Below, one piece after another: positions 1-12,549 of a stretch of 64,000 nucleotides of DNA. The stretch is taken from positions 10,168,001-10,232,000 of the forward strand of contig NC_043015.1 in NCBI RefSeq assembly GCF_006345805.1. The letters run 5' to 3'. The position numbers and the translations under genes are program-made. This DNA comes from Octopus sinensis. Lineage: Eukaryota. Position 1 is the first letter of the stretch; each line of letters begins with the position of its first letter. The notes below the pieces were generated by a model. The model had not been told where the DNA came from and did not search any database. It was given only the letters and a program-made list of their open reading frames with translations.

Positions 1-971
1 GACTATGCAACTCCAATAATAAAGACAACGAGTGTTCTCTCGAATATTTTAGAACAAAAATGTTTATACTATCTTCTTCAGAATTTTGAATACACTCATA
101 AAATATTCATTTGCTCTTTACAAATATAATTGCAAAATATCAAAGTTCAATAATAGTTATTGAAATCATTAATAACATGCGTTTTATTGTCTATTCACTG
201 CGCGAACTTCAGCTTATTTAAATTATTTAATAATAAATACATTCTTGAAAAGAAAAATAATCTTTTCTGTAGTATGGATTCGGTCTGCAAAAACATTCAT
301 ACCTTGAGTTGAAACCAAAGTTTTTTTGTTTTTTTTTTTAGTTGGGTCATAATTAGGAAAGGCTATCAAAACACTCACTGTTTGTTGTATGTTTCATATT
401 TTTGTCGTATGCAAACCAGTTGATGCTTATGTTCCCCAAAGTGTTTCCAGTGCAACGAGCTGTAACTTATTAAAATTTGTTTATATATTTCCAGGGGTTA
501 TTTTGATATTTTAACTGAATTTTATGTAAACTACGGTAAAGCTAAAAGCCAATTATCTAAATTTATACACCCATTAAATTAGCATACAGGTCGATGTAGT
601 GAAAAATATTTTGAGAGATGTAAATATTAACCATGTCAGAAAGAAATGAAATAAAGAGTATAACATTAACAACAGAAGCTGATGGTTAGTTTAGCTAAAA
701 CAATTTATGAGACATGTGCCAGCCATAACAAAATATACATCTCCCAAAATCCCAGAAATTTAACGTTCTTCAAAAAACTAACTACGCATATGCACATGAA
801 CGTATTATTTGTTCAATCACACATAAAAAATGGCACAAACACACGTTAAAACATAAGTACATTGCCTTCCATTCTGCCAGCCTTCTATAATTTCTTACGT
901 ACTCTCCATTTCTGAACACAGCCCATTTGGTTTTCAGAATACGTACATACGTACACACATACATATATACA

Positions 972-1007
<36 letters not shown>

Positions 1008-1120
1008 TAGAGAGAGATATGTGTATATATCTATCTATATATGTATATATATATATGTGTGTGTGTGTGCGTGTATATATGTATAATATATATATACATA
1101 TATATATATATTATATATAT

Positions 1121-1978
1121 ATAAGTATATGTATATATACGCGAGAGAGAATGAGAGAATGGGAGAGAAAATTTGTTCAAGCCTTCTACTAGCTTAAAAT
1201 GCTGCAACACCTACTCTTGTACCTTGAAGATTCTTGCTTTCTTTGTGTTTGCGCACACGAATACTGATTTTTCCTGTACAAATAAAATTAGAAAAAAACA
1301 TATGCCTGGTATTTGCATAATACAACGAATCAACTTCGTTCCTCAGTATCTGACCAGAACTTCTAATTTGCTCTCATTTGCCGGCTTTCGTAAACGGTAT
1401 ACTGTCCGACATTAATTTCATATTGTATTGAGTATGTACCTATTTGATGATATTGTTCTCGTCTAGGTTTTCACGCACAATAAAGACACAAATAGTGTAC
1501 ATTATATTTTACGGAATATTTACTCTCAATGTAGGAAGGAATTAAACTTTCATTAGATTCATCTATTTTTTAGAGGCCCGTGATATATTCCTTTCCGTTA
1601 AATACAGTTCAAGCGTATGCGGCGGAATGAGAATAAAGATTAATGTACCGACAACCAATAACGTTTTACTCCGGCGAAAATGTACTTGCTACTAGTGTGA
1701 AAATTCTCATCTGCTAATCCTTAACTGATTTCGCGGAGATAAATATCGGGTAAACTTAGGCATTTAGATCATACTTGCCCTATATATTTAAAGCAAAAGT
1801 CAAGTACCCACTAAAATGAATAATCATTTGCATACGAATAGTTATGTCAAAATTTTCTCACGAACGTTGTACGAATCATCTTTACGTTAAGAATAAGCGG
1901 TTCCATTATGATGTAGAACAGTGTAGGTGAGATAATATTGTCGTTAATATAACCCATCATACAAAATGACTATAAGTG

Positions 1979-2027
<49 letters not shown>

Positions 2028-3270
2028 ATAAAGACCATACTCATGTGCATACTCAAACGCAAGCACAGTGGCACGCGCACACTCTCATACACACACACAC
2101 ATACATTCACCGTTGATTATCTTGAATTCAAGATATAAATATTAATGATATAAATATTAATGCAATTGCTGCATCTTAGATTTTCCATCTCACCATACTT
2201 GTAAGAGATAAGTACGCTCAACATATGCATATACACACACACATACATAATCATATATATATATACATACACACACAGACATAAAGAGGTAGATAGATAG
2301 ATTGATAGAGAGACATATAAATGTACGTGTATGTATTGATAGACATATATAGACATATGTATGTATGTATATATGAATATATACCTACTTCGATATATAT
2401 TATATATATATATATAAGTATATGTATATATACGCGAGAGAGAATGAGAGAATGGGAGAGAAAATTTGTTCAAGCTTCTACTAGCTTAAAATGCTGCAAC
2501 ACCTACTCTTGTACCTTGAAGATTCTTGCTTTCTTTGTGTTTGCGCACACGAATACTGATTTTTCCTGTACAAATAAAATTAGAAAAAAACATATGCCTG
2601 GTATTTGCATAATACAACGAATCAACTTCGTTCCTCAGTATCTGACCAGAACTTCTAATTTGCTCTCATTTGCCGGCTTTCGTAAACGGTATACTGTCCG
2701 ACATTAATTTCATATTGTATTGAGTATGTACCTATTTGATGATATTGTTCTCGTCTAGGTTTTCACGCACAATAAAGACACAAATAGTGTACATTATATT
2801 TTACGGAATATTTACTCTCAATGTAGGAAGGAATTAAACTTTCATTAGATTCATCTATTTTTTAGAGGCCCGTGATATATTCCTTTCCGTTAAATACAGT
2901 TCAAGCGTATGCGGCGGAATGAGAATAAAGATTAATGTACCGACAACCAATAACGTTTTACTCCGGCGAAAATGTACTTGCTACTAGTGTGAAAATTCTC
3001 ATCTGCTAATCCTTAACTGATTTCGCGGAGATAAATATCGGGTAAACTTAGGCATTTAGATCATACTTGCCCTATATATTTAAAGCAAAAGTCAAGTACC
3101 CACTAAAATGAATAATCATTTGCATACGAATAGTTATGTCAAAATTTTCTCACGAACGTTGTACGAATCATCTTTACGTTAAGAATAAGCGGTTCCATTA
3201 TGATGTAGAACAGTGTAGGTGAGATAATATTGTCGTTAATATAACCCATCATACAAAATGACTATAAGTG

Positions 3271-3319
<49 letters not shown>

Positions 3320-3700
3320 ATAAAGACCATACTCATGTGCATACTCAACGCAAGCACAGTGGCACGCGCACACTCTCATACACACACACACATACATTCA
3401 CCGTTGATTATCTTGAATTCAAGATATAAATATTAATGATATAAATATTAATGCAATTGCTGCATCTTAGATTTTCCATCTCACCATACTTGTAAGAGAT
3501 AAGTACGCTCAACATATGCATATACACACACACATACATAATCATATATATATATACATACACACACAGACATAAAGAGGTAGATAGATAGATTGATAGA
3601 GAGACATATAAATGTACGTGTATGTATTGATAGACATATATAGACATATGTATGTATGTATATATGAATATATACCTACTTCGATATATATATATATATA
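1121..3700. repeat. Tandem duplication of a ~1.29-kb unit (about 1121-2410 and 2411-3700)
   Basis: GCGAGAGAGAATGAGAGAATGGG occurs at 1141 and 2434 (offset 1293; offset 1291 at the unit end). The differences I saw are 1-nt indels in short runs (CAAGCC/CAAGC, CTCAAAC/CTCAAC) and SSR length. Confidence 0.95.
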
Positions 3701-4171
3701 TATATACATAAATATGCATTTATATAGTATTTACACATCAATATTTTCATACATGTATGCAGAAATATACTCATACCTACACGCTAACGTACGTTTTATT
3801 TACGTTTGACTTTTTTTGTTCTCAAAAACCCTGCATGACATATCGCTAATTAGTTTTATATTCAAAAGAATTTGCGTGATATTCTAGACATAACTGATAC
3901 GAAAATATCTGCATAGCATCTACTAAATGGCTGAGACATGAATTGAAGCACAATGAAACGAACCCTATTCTTGGTGGTTACTAGCACTTAATGTCACGTG
4001 ATGTGCAGTTTTATATATCAAATACATCAAATTCTTGCTAATTATCCATATTTAAGAAGACATATCTTGATATATGTTGCAGCACAATGGTTTATTTCTG
4101 CCTATTGTTCGACATCATGCTTATAATGGTTCATTCCGCAGTGTTTACTTACATGGCAGAGTTGGCATGTA

Positions 4172-4825
4172 CCAGGGTGTATTGAAAGTTTTATAGTCTA
4201 ACAGAGGAGGGGTTATACTAGAGCTGTAAAATGTTGTATGCATTAATTTCAAACTCCTTATTAATACCTCCATTTCATTCCCAGTTACACTGACAACTGA
4301 ATGTTCAAGGAATACTTCAAAATTAACTGATGGCCACTTCTCTTGAAAATCAAGAAAATTTGGCATCGTGATCGTATCAAATGGTTAAGTCTTTCAAGGA
4401 CATTTATGCTGACCTGGTTGCTACATTAAGAGAGAGGATCAATCTTTATGAACAATGCAAACCTGGACAGGTAAATCTAGAAAAGGAACGGCAATATTCA
4501 AGATGACGCATATCCTGGACGTACTGAACCTGCCACTGATGAAACAATGATCATGTTCACCACATGATGATGGATGACAGACAACAATAAATCAAAGAGT
4601 CACTGCTATTGGCATATCTCGTGGAGAGATAGAACAGTTAGTTGCCAGAACGTTTCTTAAACCAGGATAGGTGTCGAGTTCTTCACATTCAGCCAGAGAC
4701 ATTGCTGCATCTGCCGTAAATATGACGGCCTAAGTTAATTTGCGATGAGAAAGGCAATGTGTTTATTTACCATCTTCAAAAATGCCATATCACCAATGGA
4801 GAGTACTATGGCGACTTCCTGAGTT
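4172..4825 (+). mobile_element. Decayed mariner-family transposon (left end plus transposase remnant)
   Basis: TA followed by TIR-like CCAGGGTGTATTGAAAGTTT. Frameshifted peptides DDAYPGRT, DHVHHMMMDDR, TAIGISRGEIE and CDEKGNVFIYHLQKCHITNGEYYGDFL match mariner DDPRSGRP, VHHMVMDDRR and WDAKGIVFIDYLQKGHTINGEYYANLL. No right TIR seen. Confidence 0.85.
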
Positions 4826-5809
4826 TATCAAAACAGATTCTTGGTTTCAATGGCTGCTGTGCGTAACTGTAGCACCATCTAGCAATCATCTGTAAAAGAA
4901 GCACTTGGCTCGAAATCGAAACCATTTTACTGTGATGATACCGTTACATCTGCTGTTGCTACCAGCTATATTTTAAGTCCTTTTGCAATAGTCAGGTCTC
5001 AGTTTACCTGAAAAGAAACAACGCAATTATTAATAACATGATTTGAAATTAGTGCAACATGCAATATTTCACAGCTCTAGCATCACTCCTTCGTTGTCAG
5101 CCTATGAATTTGTTACTTCTACAAAAGCACAAAATCTCATTCTGTTCTTGCTTTATGGTTTACATCATACGTTTGGCGATAAATTGATAGTATATCTCGC
5201 CTAAAATAATCCTTGGATACAAATTGGCTCTTTTATAATGTTCTAGATTTAAAACCATCCTTTAAAATTAGTGTTAATATGGTTTCCAAACACTCACATA
5301 ATTATGACAAATAATTTTAGTAAATTCTTAATTATTTTCAAAACTACTTGAAACAATTAAAGACTGTTTCAACAGAAATTTGGTAAAATCCCTTAGATAA
5401 TTCATAGTTTATAGATATCGTGTGACATTATACTTTATTTAATCCCGAATTCTGTACGATGTCATGCATATGCATCCTATTTTTAAAATGATACATTTAT
5501 TCCTGATATTGCAAATAGTAAGATACATATATTTTTGGGTTTATATTGTAATATTTCGGGTTTCCAGTTTTAAATGATGTAGTGCTTTTAACGAAAACAG
5601 GATATCTAAAATATTTCAGCCTCGACAATTCTTTTATCTATTATATTCTTTACAAAAATAAATAAGTAGCTTCTATTTAAAACAGGAAGCTAGAGTTATG
5701 TTGAGCTATATGCATTTGCACGTAAACTGTTATCGTCCGTATGAAAGTATTCGCCTTCTTTTGCACATTCCAATATCTTTCCCATTTCATTCACATCAAA
5801 GTAAATAAT

Positions 5810-6229
5810 AGGCGTAGGAGTGGCTGTGTGGTAAGTAGCTTGCTTACCAACCACATGGATCCGAGTTCAGTCCCACTGCGTGGCACCTTGGGCTAGTGTA
5901 TTCTACTATAGCCTCGGGTCGACCAAAGCCTTGTGAGTGGATTTGGTAGACGGAAACTGAAAGAAGCCCGTCGTATATATGTACATATATGTATGTATGT
6001 GTGTGTGTTTGTATGTCTGTGTTTGTCCCCCCAACATCGCTTGACGACCGATGCTGGTGTGTTTACATACCCGTGGCTTAGCGGTTCGGCAAAAGAGACC
6101 GATAGATTTAGTACTGGGCTTACAAAGAATAAGTCCTGGGGTCGATTTGCTCGACTAAAAAAAAAAGTGGTGCTCCAGCATGGCCACAGTCAAAGGACTG
6201 AAACAAGTAAAAGAGTAAAGAGTAAAGAG
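5810..6229 (+). mobile_element. tRNA-derived SINE, family A (octopus OK/OR-type; exact name not assigned)
   Basis: A box TGGCTGTGTGGT, B box GAGTTCAGTCCC, CORE-like CCTTGGGC(A)AGTGT, internal (TA/TG)n, 3' tail (GTAAAGA)n. Five copies in the window. Confidence 0.9.
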
Positions 6230-6261
6230 AATACATTTTTATACAACTTAGCTTCATAGGC

Positions 6262-6655
6262 TCAGTAGTGGCCCTGTGATGAATAGCTTTCTTTGCTACC
6301 ACAAAATTTTGTGTTCAGTTCCATTGCGTGGTAGCTTGCTCAAATTTATTCTAATATAGCTTCGGGTCGACCAAAGTCTTGTGAATGGATTATTAGACGG
6401 AAACTGAAGCAAGCCCGTCGTTCATATATATATCTGTTTTTGTGCATATGTGTGTGTATGTGTGTGTGTGTTTGATTCCATCTGTATTTGTTTCCCACAG
6501 ACGCTTGACAGCCGCTGTTGGTGCTTTACGTCGCTATACACAAGTGGCCCAGTAAAAGAGAGATAGAATAATAACTTGAGGCGATCCATTCGACTAAAAT
6601 TTTTACAATCGTGTACTCTAGCACGGTCGTAGTCCAGTGACTGAAACAGATACAA
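6262..6655 (+). mobile_element. SINE family A, degenerate copy directly after the 5810 copy
   Basis: Retains TATAGCTTCGGGTCGACCAAAG...GACGGAAACTGAAGCAAGCCCGTCG and the GACTGAAAC tail. Confidence 0.7.
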
Positions 6656-6984
6656 GGAAAAATTGTATTCACGTTTGTAATTTTCTTTAGTTGACCAATT
6701 TTATATTAGAAATCATGCCATACTTTTGGCTGTGTTTGCTCTTCTGTTCACTTCTCACATCCTCCACAATCTTGGCTCAATTCAATGATCGTATTTCCTC
6801 ATGTAAAAGTACTAATGAAATGGAATTTCATGTTTAGATTTCTTAATGATTACTGGAATGGAAGAAGGTAAACGAAAATGCAATCAGAAAAACTGACCGA
6901 TAATAATATTTATACACTGAGTTTCCACCTATATTTTTAGCTACATATCTAAACCCAGAACACATACATACACAAGTATATCCA

Positions 6985-7095
6985 TATATGTATGTATGTA
7001 TATATGTATGTATGTATGATGTATGTATGTATGTATGTATGTATGTATGTATGTATGTATGTATGTATGTATGTATGTATGCATGTATGTAAGTG
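6985..7095. repeat. (TATG)n microsatellite
   Basis: Directly visible; source of the HTYI/YVCM pseudo-ORFs. Confidence 0.95.
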
Positions 7096-7508
7096 CGTAC
7101 GTGTGTAAGTATGTATGTATCATCTATACCAGTGATGAGAATAAACAAATTCGTGGTGCATCTGAAATTAATATAAATATATATAAAATTTCAGGGAAAA
7201 AAAGAACATTGGTGGCATGGATATCAAATGTAATTCAGATGCAGAACCGTTCGTGAGCAACTCTTAGGTCTTAATATAAACTTCTAATTAAAAGAAACAG
7301 AAAAAATATAGCAAAAGTACGGCTGAGAATCATGGAGTTGTTGATGACTTAAAAGTGGTGCGCGCGAAGGCAATGTTGTTGATTAGATATAAAAGGCATT
7401 ACCGTTTTTGGCTGTAAAACCTCAATTTTTGTATTCGTACCTGTTTTTGCAGCTATTTAAATAGATCTTTGTGTGTGCTACGTTCGTATACGTAGAGAAA
7501 ATAGAAAA

Positions 7509-7551
<43 letters not shown>

Positions 7552-7589
7552 AGGAGGACGGATGCTGGCCAGCAAATAGCAGTCAGAAG

Positions 7590-7798
7590 TAACGGTTTCA
7601 AATTTTGATACAAAGCCTGTAAATTAAGGAAAATAGTAAAGTTAATTATAATGACACACTAATGTTCAACTGGTTGCCATTGTATCGTTCCTGTAAGATA
7701 AAAGGTAAACTCGACCTTGGCGGAATACAAACTCAGAAAGTAAAGGCGGACGAAAACATTTCGTCCGGCATGCTAACGAATCTGCTAGCTCGTCACAT
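7590..7798 (-). mobile_element. tRNA-derived SINE, family B, degenerate
   Basis: Reverse complement matches the family-B head and body (GAGCTAGCAGA...GTTAGCATGCCGG...CTGAGTTTGTATTCCGCCAAGGTCGAG). Confidence 0.65.
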
Positions 7799-7819
7799 TT
7801 CTAGCCGTGAGAAAGAATC

Positions 7820-8052
7820 CTTTCTACTCTAGACACAAGGCCTGAATTTTTCAGGAAAGGCCCTGAAATCTTCAGGGAAAGCTTATTTGGTTAAATCACA
7901 GCCTGTGCTCAATTGGTAATTACTTCATCGACCTCGAAAGGATGAATGACAAAATCAACATCGGTGGTATTTCAGCTCAGAACGTAAAGATGGCCGAAAT
8001 GCCGCAAAGCATTTTACCCGACCTGCTAAAGATTCTGTCTGCTTGCCACCTT
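7820..8052 (-). mobile_element. SINE family B, degenerate
   Basis: Reverse complement has CTTTACGTTCTGAGCTGAAAT...TCATCCTTTCGAGGTCGATGAA and the AGGCCTTGTGTCTAGAGTAGAAAGG tail. Confidence 0.7.
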
Positions 8053-8479
8053 GAAGCTGTCAGAAATAATGATTCATAAATATTTATCTGTCGATACATG
8101 AATGATTTCAAATGGTTGTAGCTCGTAACAGGTTACAGCTGCCATGGTCTGACTTGAATACGCTATTCTTATATTCTCCATTTCTAATTTTATACGTCTT
8201 CTAATAAATATTTATACTACATTTAAATAAAGTTAACGGTATAGTACTATAAACTTTATCTTTTAAGTATCCCCATAAAAATTAGCGATGTGCTACAATG
8301 GTATTCTTATCTCTGAACGATACATCTGTTTGATAAAATGATAGATTATTGCAGTGGGTCAAGTGAATGAAACCAGTGACATTAATATAAAATAAGATAG
8401 TCCAATTAATAATTCATAAGCTACACAAAACAATAAATTCTTCTAAAGTAACGTAATTCTCTTCCATGATATAAAGATT

Positions 8480-8646
8480 CTAACGCCCTTTCCAGGACTC
8501 TCTTTACGTTTTGCGTTCAAATTCCGCCGCGGTCGAGCTTGCTTTCAGCCTTTCAGGTTCGATAAATGAAATAGCAGTTGCGTACTCGATCGATGTAATC
8601 GACTGGCCCCTCCTCCAAAATTTTGGGCCATGTACCTAGAGTAAAA
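8480..8646 (+). mobile_element. SINE family B, partial
   Basis: GCGTTCAAATTCCGCCGCGGTCGAG...GATGTAATCGACTGGCCCCTCCTCCAAAATTT tail. Confidence 0.7.
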
Positions 8647-9072
8647 CAGACTATATTCCTCTGTGTATATGTGTGTGTGCTCCTGAGTGAGTGTCTATGT
8701 GTGTTTGTGTGTATGTGTGTGTCTATCTATGTCTCTGCGCGCAGCCGACTGTGGTTGTGTTTATATGTCAGCGTATTTTATTTTGTTAAGCAGCTTGATA
8801 GAAAACAACAACACATTTACTGTTTTTTGCTTTTTTACTGTATACCTGCAGTCGAAGGTCATTACGTGGTCATTTTTAACAAGATCACATCCCTTTTCAT
8901 TTCATTATCAGTCCTCTCTTCCCAATTACAATATCTCCTTTCCTCTTGCCACTTCAAATCTTATTTCGAAACGGTGCAAAACATGATAGGTTTCTTATTT
9001 TATGATCTCTTTCGATTTCCCTCAGAATCAGAAGAGTAATTGTTATTATGAACTTTTACTATCATTTTTCTG

Positions 9073-9074
<2 letters not shown>

Positions 9075-9115
<41 letters not shown>

Positions 9116-9151
9116 ATATATATATAGATATATATATATATACATCTATAT

Positions 9152-9197
<46 letters not shown>

Positions 9198-9288
9198 TAT
9201 ATTCATATACTTTTATATTTTTGCACACATATAGATACATATATACACACACACATGTATATATACATCTATATATATATATATATAT

Positions 9289-9320
<32 letters not shown>

Positions 9321-9369
9321 CATATATACGCACACACATGTATATATACATATTTGTATATGGGCGTGA

Positions 9370-9441
<72 letters not shown>

Positions 9442-9483
9442 GTATATATATACATATATACGCACACACATGTATATATACAC

Positions 9484-9522
<39 letters not shown>

Positions 9523-9535
9523 ATATATATATATA
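9075..9535. repeat. Compound (AT)n microsatellite with internal higher-order repeat
   Basis: Directly visible; a block containing CATATATACGCACACACATGTATATATAC occurs twice. Confidence 0.9.
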
Positions 9536-10022
9536 AGGATGTGCGTATGTATGCCTGCTTGAACATATTCAAGAAGACTTACTTTATCCGTTCATTATCG
9601 GCGTTTTATCATGTATATTATCGAATTTGCAGAAGAAATGTACAGTTTACCAAATCTACTAAAGTTATTTGTCTAACGCAACAAAAAGCGCGCATCTGCC
9701 ATGCCCTACCGTAGCACACGACTTTACGATTGCGTTTGGAAATCTGAAATTATGGAAATAATCTACATAAAATAATAGATATTCTTCGTGATACTGTCTT
9801 TTGCACACCATTCAATATATATTCAATATACTGCAATCTACGTTTAGCATGTAAAACATAATACATCTTAACGAAAAGATCAGAAATTTTAATCTCGAAT
9901 TATATGCAATGCCAAATGGTGAACGCATCAGGTACGTCATTGGTAACTTTGCAACTCACATGATAATCCAAAAATTGGGAATATATTACTGCATACTACA
10001 GTGAAATTGTTTATTAATAACA

Positions 10023-10073
<51 letters not shown>

Positions 10074-10124
10074 TTGGTGAATTGAAGAAATGGAGCTGAA
10101 CGAAGATTGAACAGAAATCGTTTT

Positions 10125-10215
10125 ATTTCATTCTACACGTGTTTCGAAAGGCACAATTTACCAAAATCCGATTGAATAATGAGACCATATTGTGTCTTTC
10201 TCTTCAGGAAGAAAT
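10125..10215 (-). ncRNA. Type I hammerhead ribozyme, apparently intact
   Basis: Minus strand: stem I AUUUC-UUC / GAA-U-GAAAU; core CUGAAGA; stem II GAAAG.CACAAU / AUUGUG.CUUUC; GAAA; palindromic stem III ACACGUGU; GUA cleavage triplet. Folded by eye. Confidence 0.85.
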
Positions 10216-10252
10216 AGGAAATCCGTTGGAAAAACAAAAACAGAACAGCGGC

Positions 10253-10348
10253 GGAGCAAAACAAATCGAACTAGGCTCATAAGAGCCCATGGCAAAACTC
10301 GAGTTTTGCCATGGGCTCTTATGAGCCTAGTTCGATTTGTTTTGCTCC
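10253..10348. repeat. Perfect 96-bp palindrome with no spacer
   Basis: 48-bp arms centred at 10300|10301 (AAAACTC|GAGTTTT); no mismatches seen. Confidence 0.95.
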
Positions 10349-10981
10349 AAGTAAAATAACGTAATGGTTAATTTCGCTTCATTCCAAAGCGATACATCAT
10401 GCTACAAAGGAAACTGTCATTAAATTTGTTTTTGCTAAATTCATACAGTAGGGTGGTTCATATTTAGATGTACTATAACAGTTATGGCTTATATTTGAAG
10501 TCTAAGAAGATAATAGATTGGTTTTATATATGTAGCATTAAAACAGGTAATGTTTGTGTATGAATTGTAAGTAAAAGGTTTCTGCGGATTACATTAGAAC
10601 GATGTTAGTGTAAATATACATTATCAATAAAGTTTAAAATCAACTACTAGCTTATAAAAGGTTTCATTATGTGACGATAAATCTGAGGTTATTTTAATTG
10701 TAAATTAAATTTTAATAAGCTGTATATGAGAAGCTGTATATCTGTATACATATATATATATATATAATATATATATGTGTGTGTGTGTGTGTGTGTATGC
10801 GTGCGTGTGTGTGTGTGAGTGCGTTTGTATGCATGTATATATGTAGGTATGTATAATTATGTGCATGTGTATGGTTGTGTATGTATATGCATGTATGTAT
10901 GTGTGTGTACGCGCTTATTTCCATGTATGCGTGTGTGCGGTTATGTATTCGTATGAGTGTTTATGTCTATACATGCATACG

Positions 10982-11023
<42 letters not shown>

Positions 11024-12035
11024 CATGCATACACATATGTATAATATCTTCACATGTTTGAATATAATGTTGTTATCTACTCCCCTATAGTAGAAGTTCT
11101 CAAAAACTTAAATGCTTTCTACGTTAAATGATATTCCTAAATTTACTTCTTAAAAGATAATATGAATCTTTGAAAACATTACAGGTTTGAATACATACAA
11201 TATCAAATACGTTTGACAATATAAAATGTGATATTTTTAGAGAAACCTAGAGGTGTGGAATTTATTCTGATATGCAGCCAATCAAAGTGTTAGAAAATTA
11301 ATACTATTCTTCCGCCGAGCATCATTTGTTTCTGGCTATCAATTATTGTAGTGTCAGTAGGATATTTTAAATTACCGATACGTTCTTAATTAGAGAACGC
11401 TTAGCACTAAGCATTAGCATATACATCTAACTCTACTTTGCATTTGTTATGACGTATTATATTTCCACTAAGGAAGACTTGTAGCGTTTCTATTATTGAC
11501 GTTTAAATATTTCTTATACGCTGATACAAAGCTGAAAAATTAAATCTTCACAGATTTCATTACTTGATTTACACTTGGAAACAATTATTTAGGATTGGCT
11601 TTTCTGTAAACACTTTGCACATTACTTTTATTGTCTTGCTCAATAATTTTTTCTCTTACAAATAACAATTTAATCATTGAAGTTAATAATGTATTTGGTT
11701 TCTGTTACACGATTCATCTCAGATTCATAGACCATGTTTATTAATTAGAGGATATAATATATTGTTACATAATGTTTGCTATTCTAATGCTGAAAATTCA
11801 AGTGCGTAGCAATATACAATGGTATAAAACACGATTTATATTTGGGTCCACATAAAAGCGAGTTTCAAATCATAATAGATATTCACTAGTGTGTCCCTCC
11901 GTTTGCACGGCAAATTTGTTACTTACTATGACAATACTTTTGAACTGAAAATACAAACAACGATTTTTCCCAATAGGCATTAAAGACATGTAATGTGGCC
12001 AAAGGTATACGTATATTAATACTAAAATTCAAATC

Positions 12036-12101
<66 letters not shown>

Positions 12102-12155
12102 TATATTATATATATATATATATATATTTATATATTCAGCTCTAGGGTCAGTAAC

Positions 12156-12213
12156 ACTCGCTGAGGATGAACTAAGAGTATTTCTGAACGTTCGAAATCA
12201 CGGGGATACGGGT
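12156..12213 (+). ncRNA. Type I hammerhead ribozyme, apparently intact, in a ~200-bp insert (12135-12342) between (AT)n tracts
   Basis: Stem I ACUCG/CGGGU; core CUGAGGA; extra U; stem II GAAC/GUUC; GAAA; stem III AUC-ACGGG-GAU; AUA triplet, predicted cut after 12208. Confidence 0.75.
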
Positions 12214-12342
12214 AAGTCTGACTTTTTCAATTTTCGATTATTTTCGTTATTGGTACTGGGTCTTTTGCTCCTTTGACTGATTTTTCCTTTGTGTTTAATG
12301 AAAACTTGTAGTTTGATCCTTTTGACTGTTATGGTAGCATTC

Positions 12343-12374
<32 letters not shown>

Positions 12375-12393
12375 TATGTATGTATATACATAT

Positions 12394-12440
<47 letters not shown>

Positions 12441-12549
12441 AGTGTTTGTGTATGTGTATGAATAAGTATGTATATGTATATTTGTAGAGTATGATAGACG
12501 GCTAGATGGAGAGATCGTCTCTTGTTCGGCCGTCAGTCATTAATAGGCG

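Noticed and set aside
1325-1352. Minus-strand CUGAGGA followed by an ACGAA/UUCGU stem (also in the duplicate copy)
   Set aside because: No GAAA after stem II and no stem I or III, so not a hammerhead.
4973-5008. Strong minus-strand acceptor followed by GKLRPDYCKRT*
   Set aside because: Too short, and no linked upstream exon or homology.
5810-5885. tRNA genes at SINE heads
   Set aside because: A and B boxes are present, but there is no cloverleaf and each continues into a SINE body.
11927-11944. 18-nt minus-strand micro-exon (tttcAG..GTAAGT)
   Set aside because: About one such pairing is expected by chance in AT-rich 128 kb; no supporting gene.
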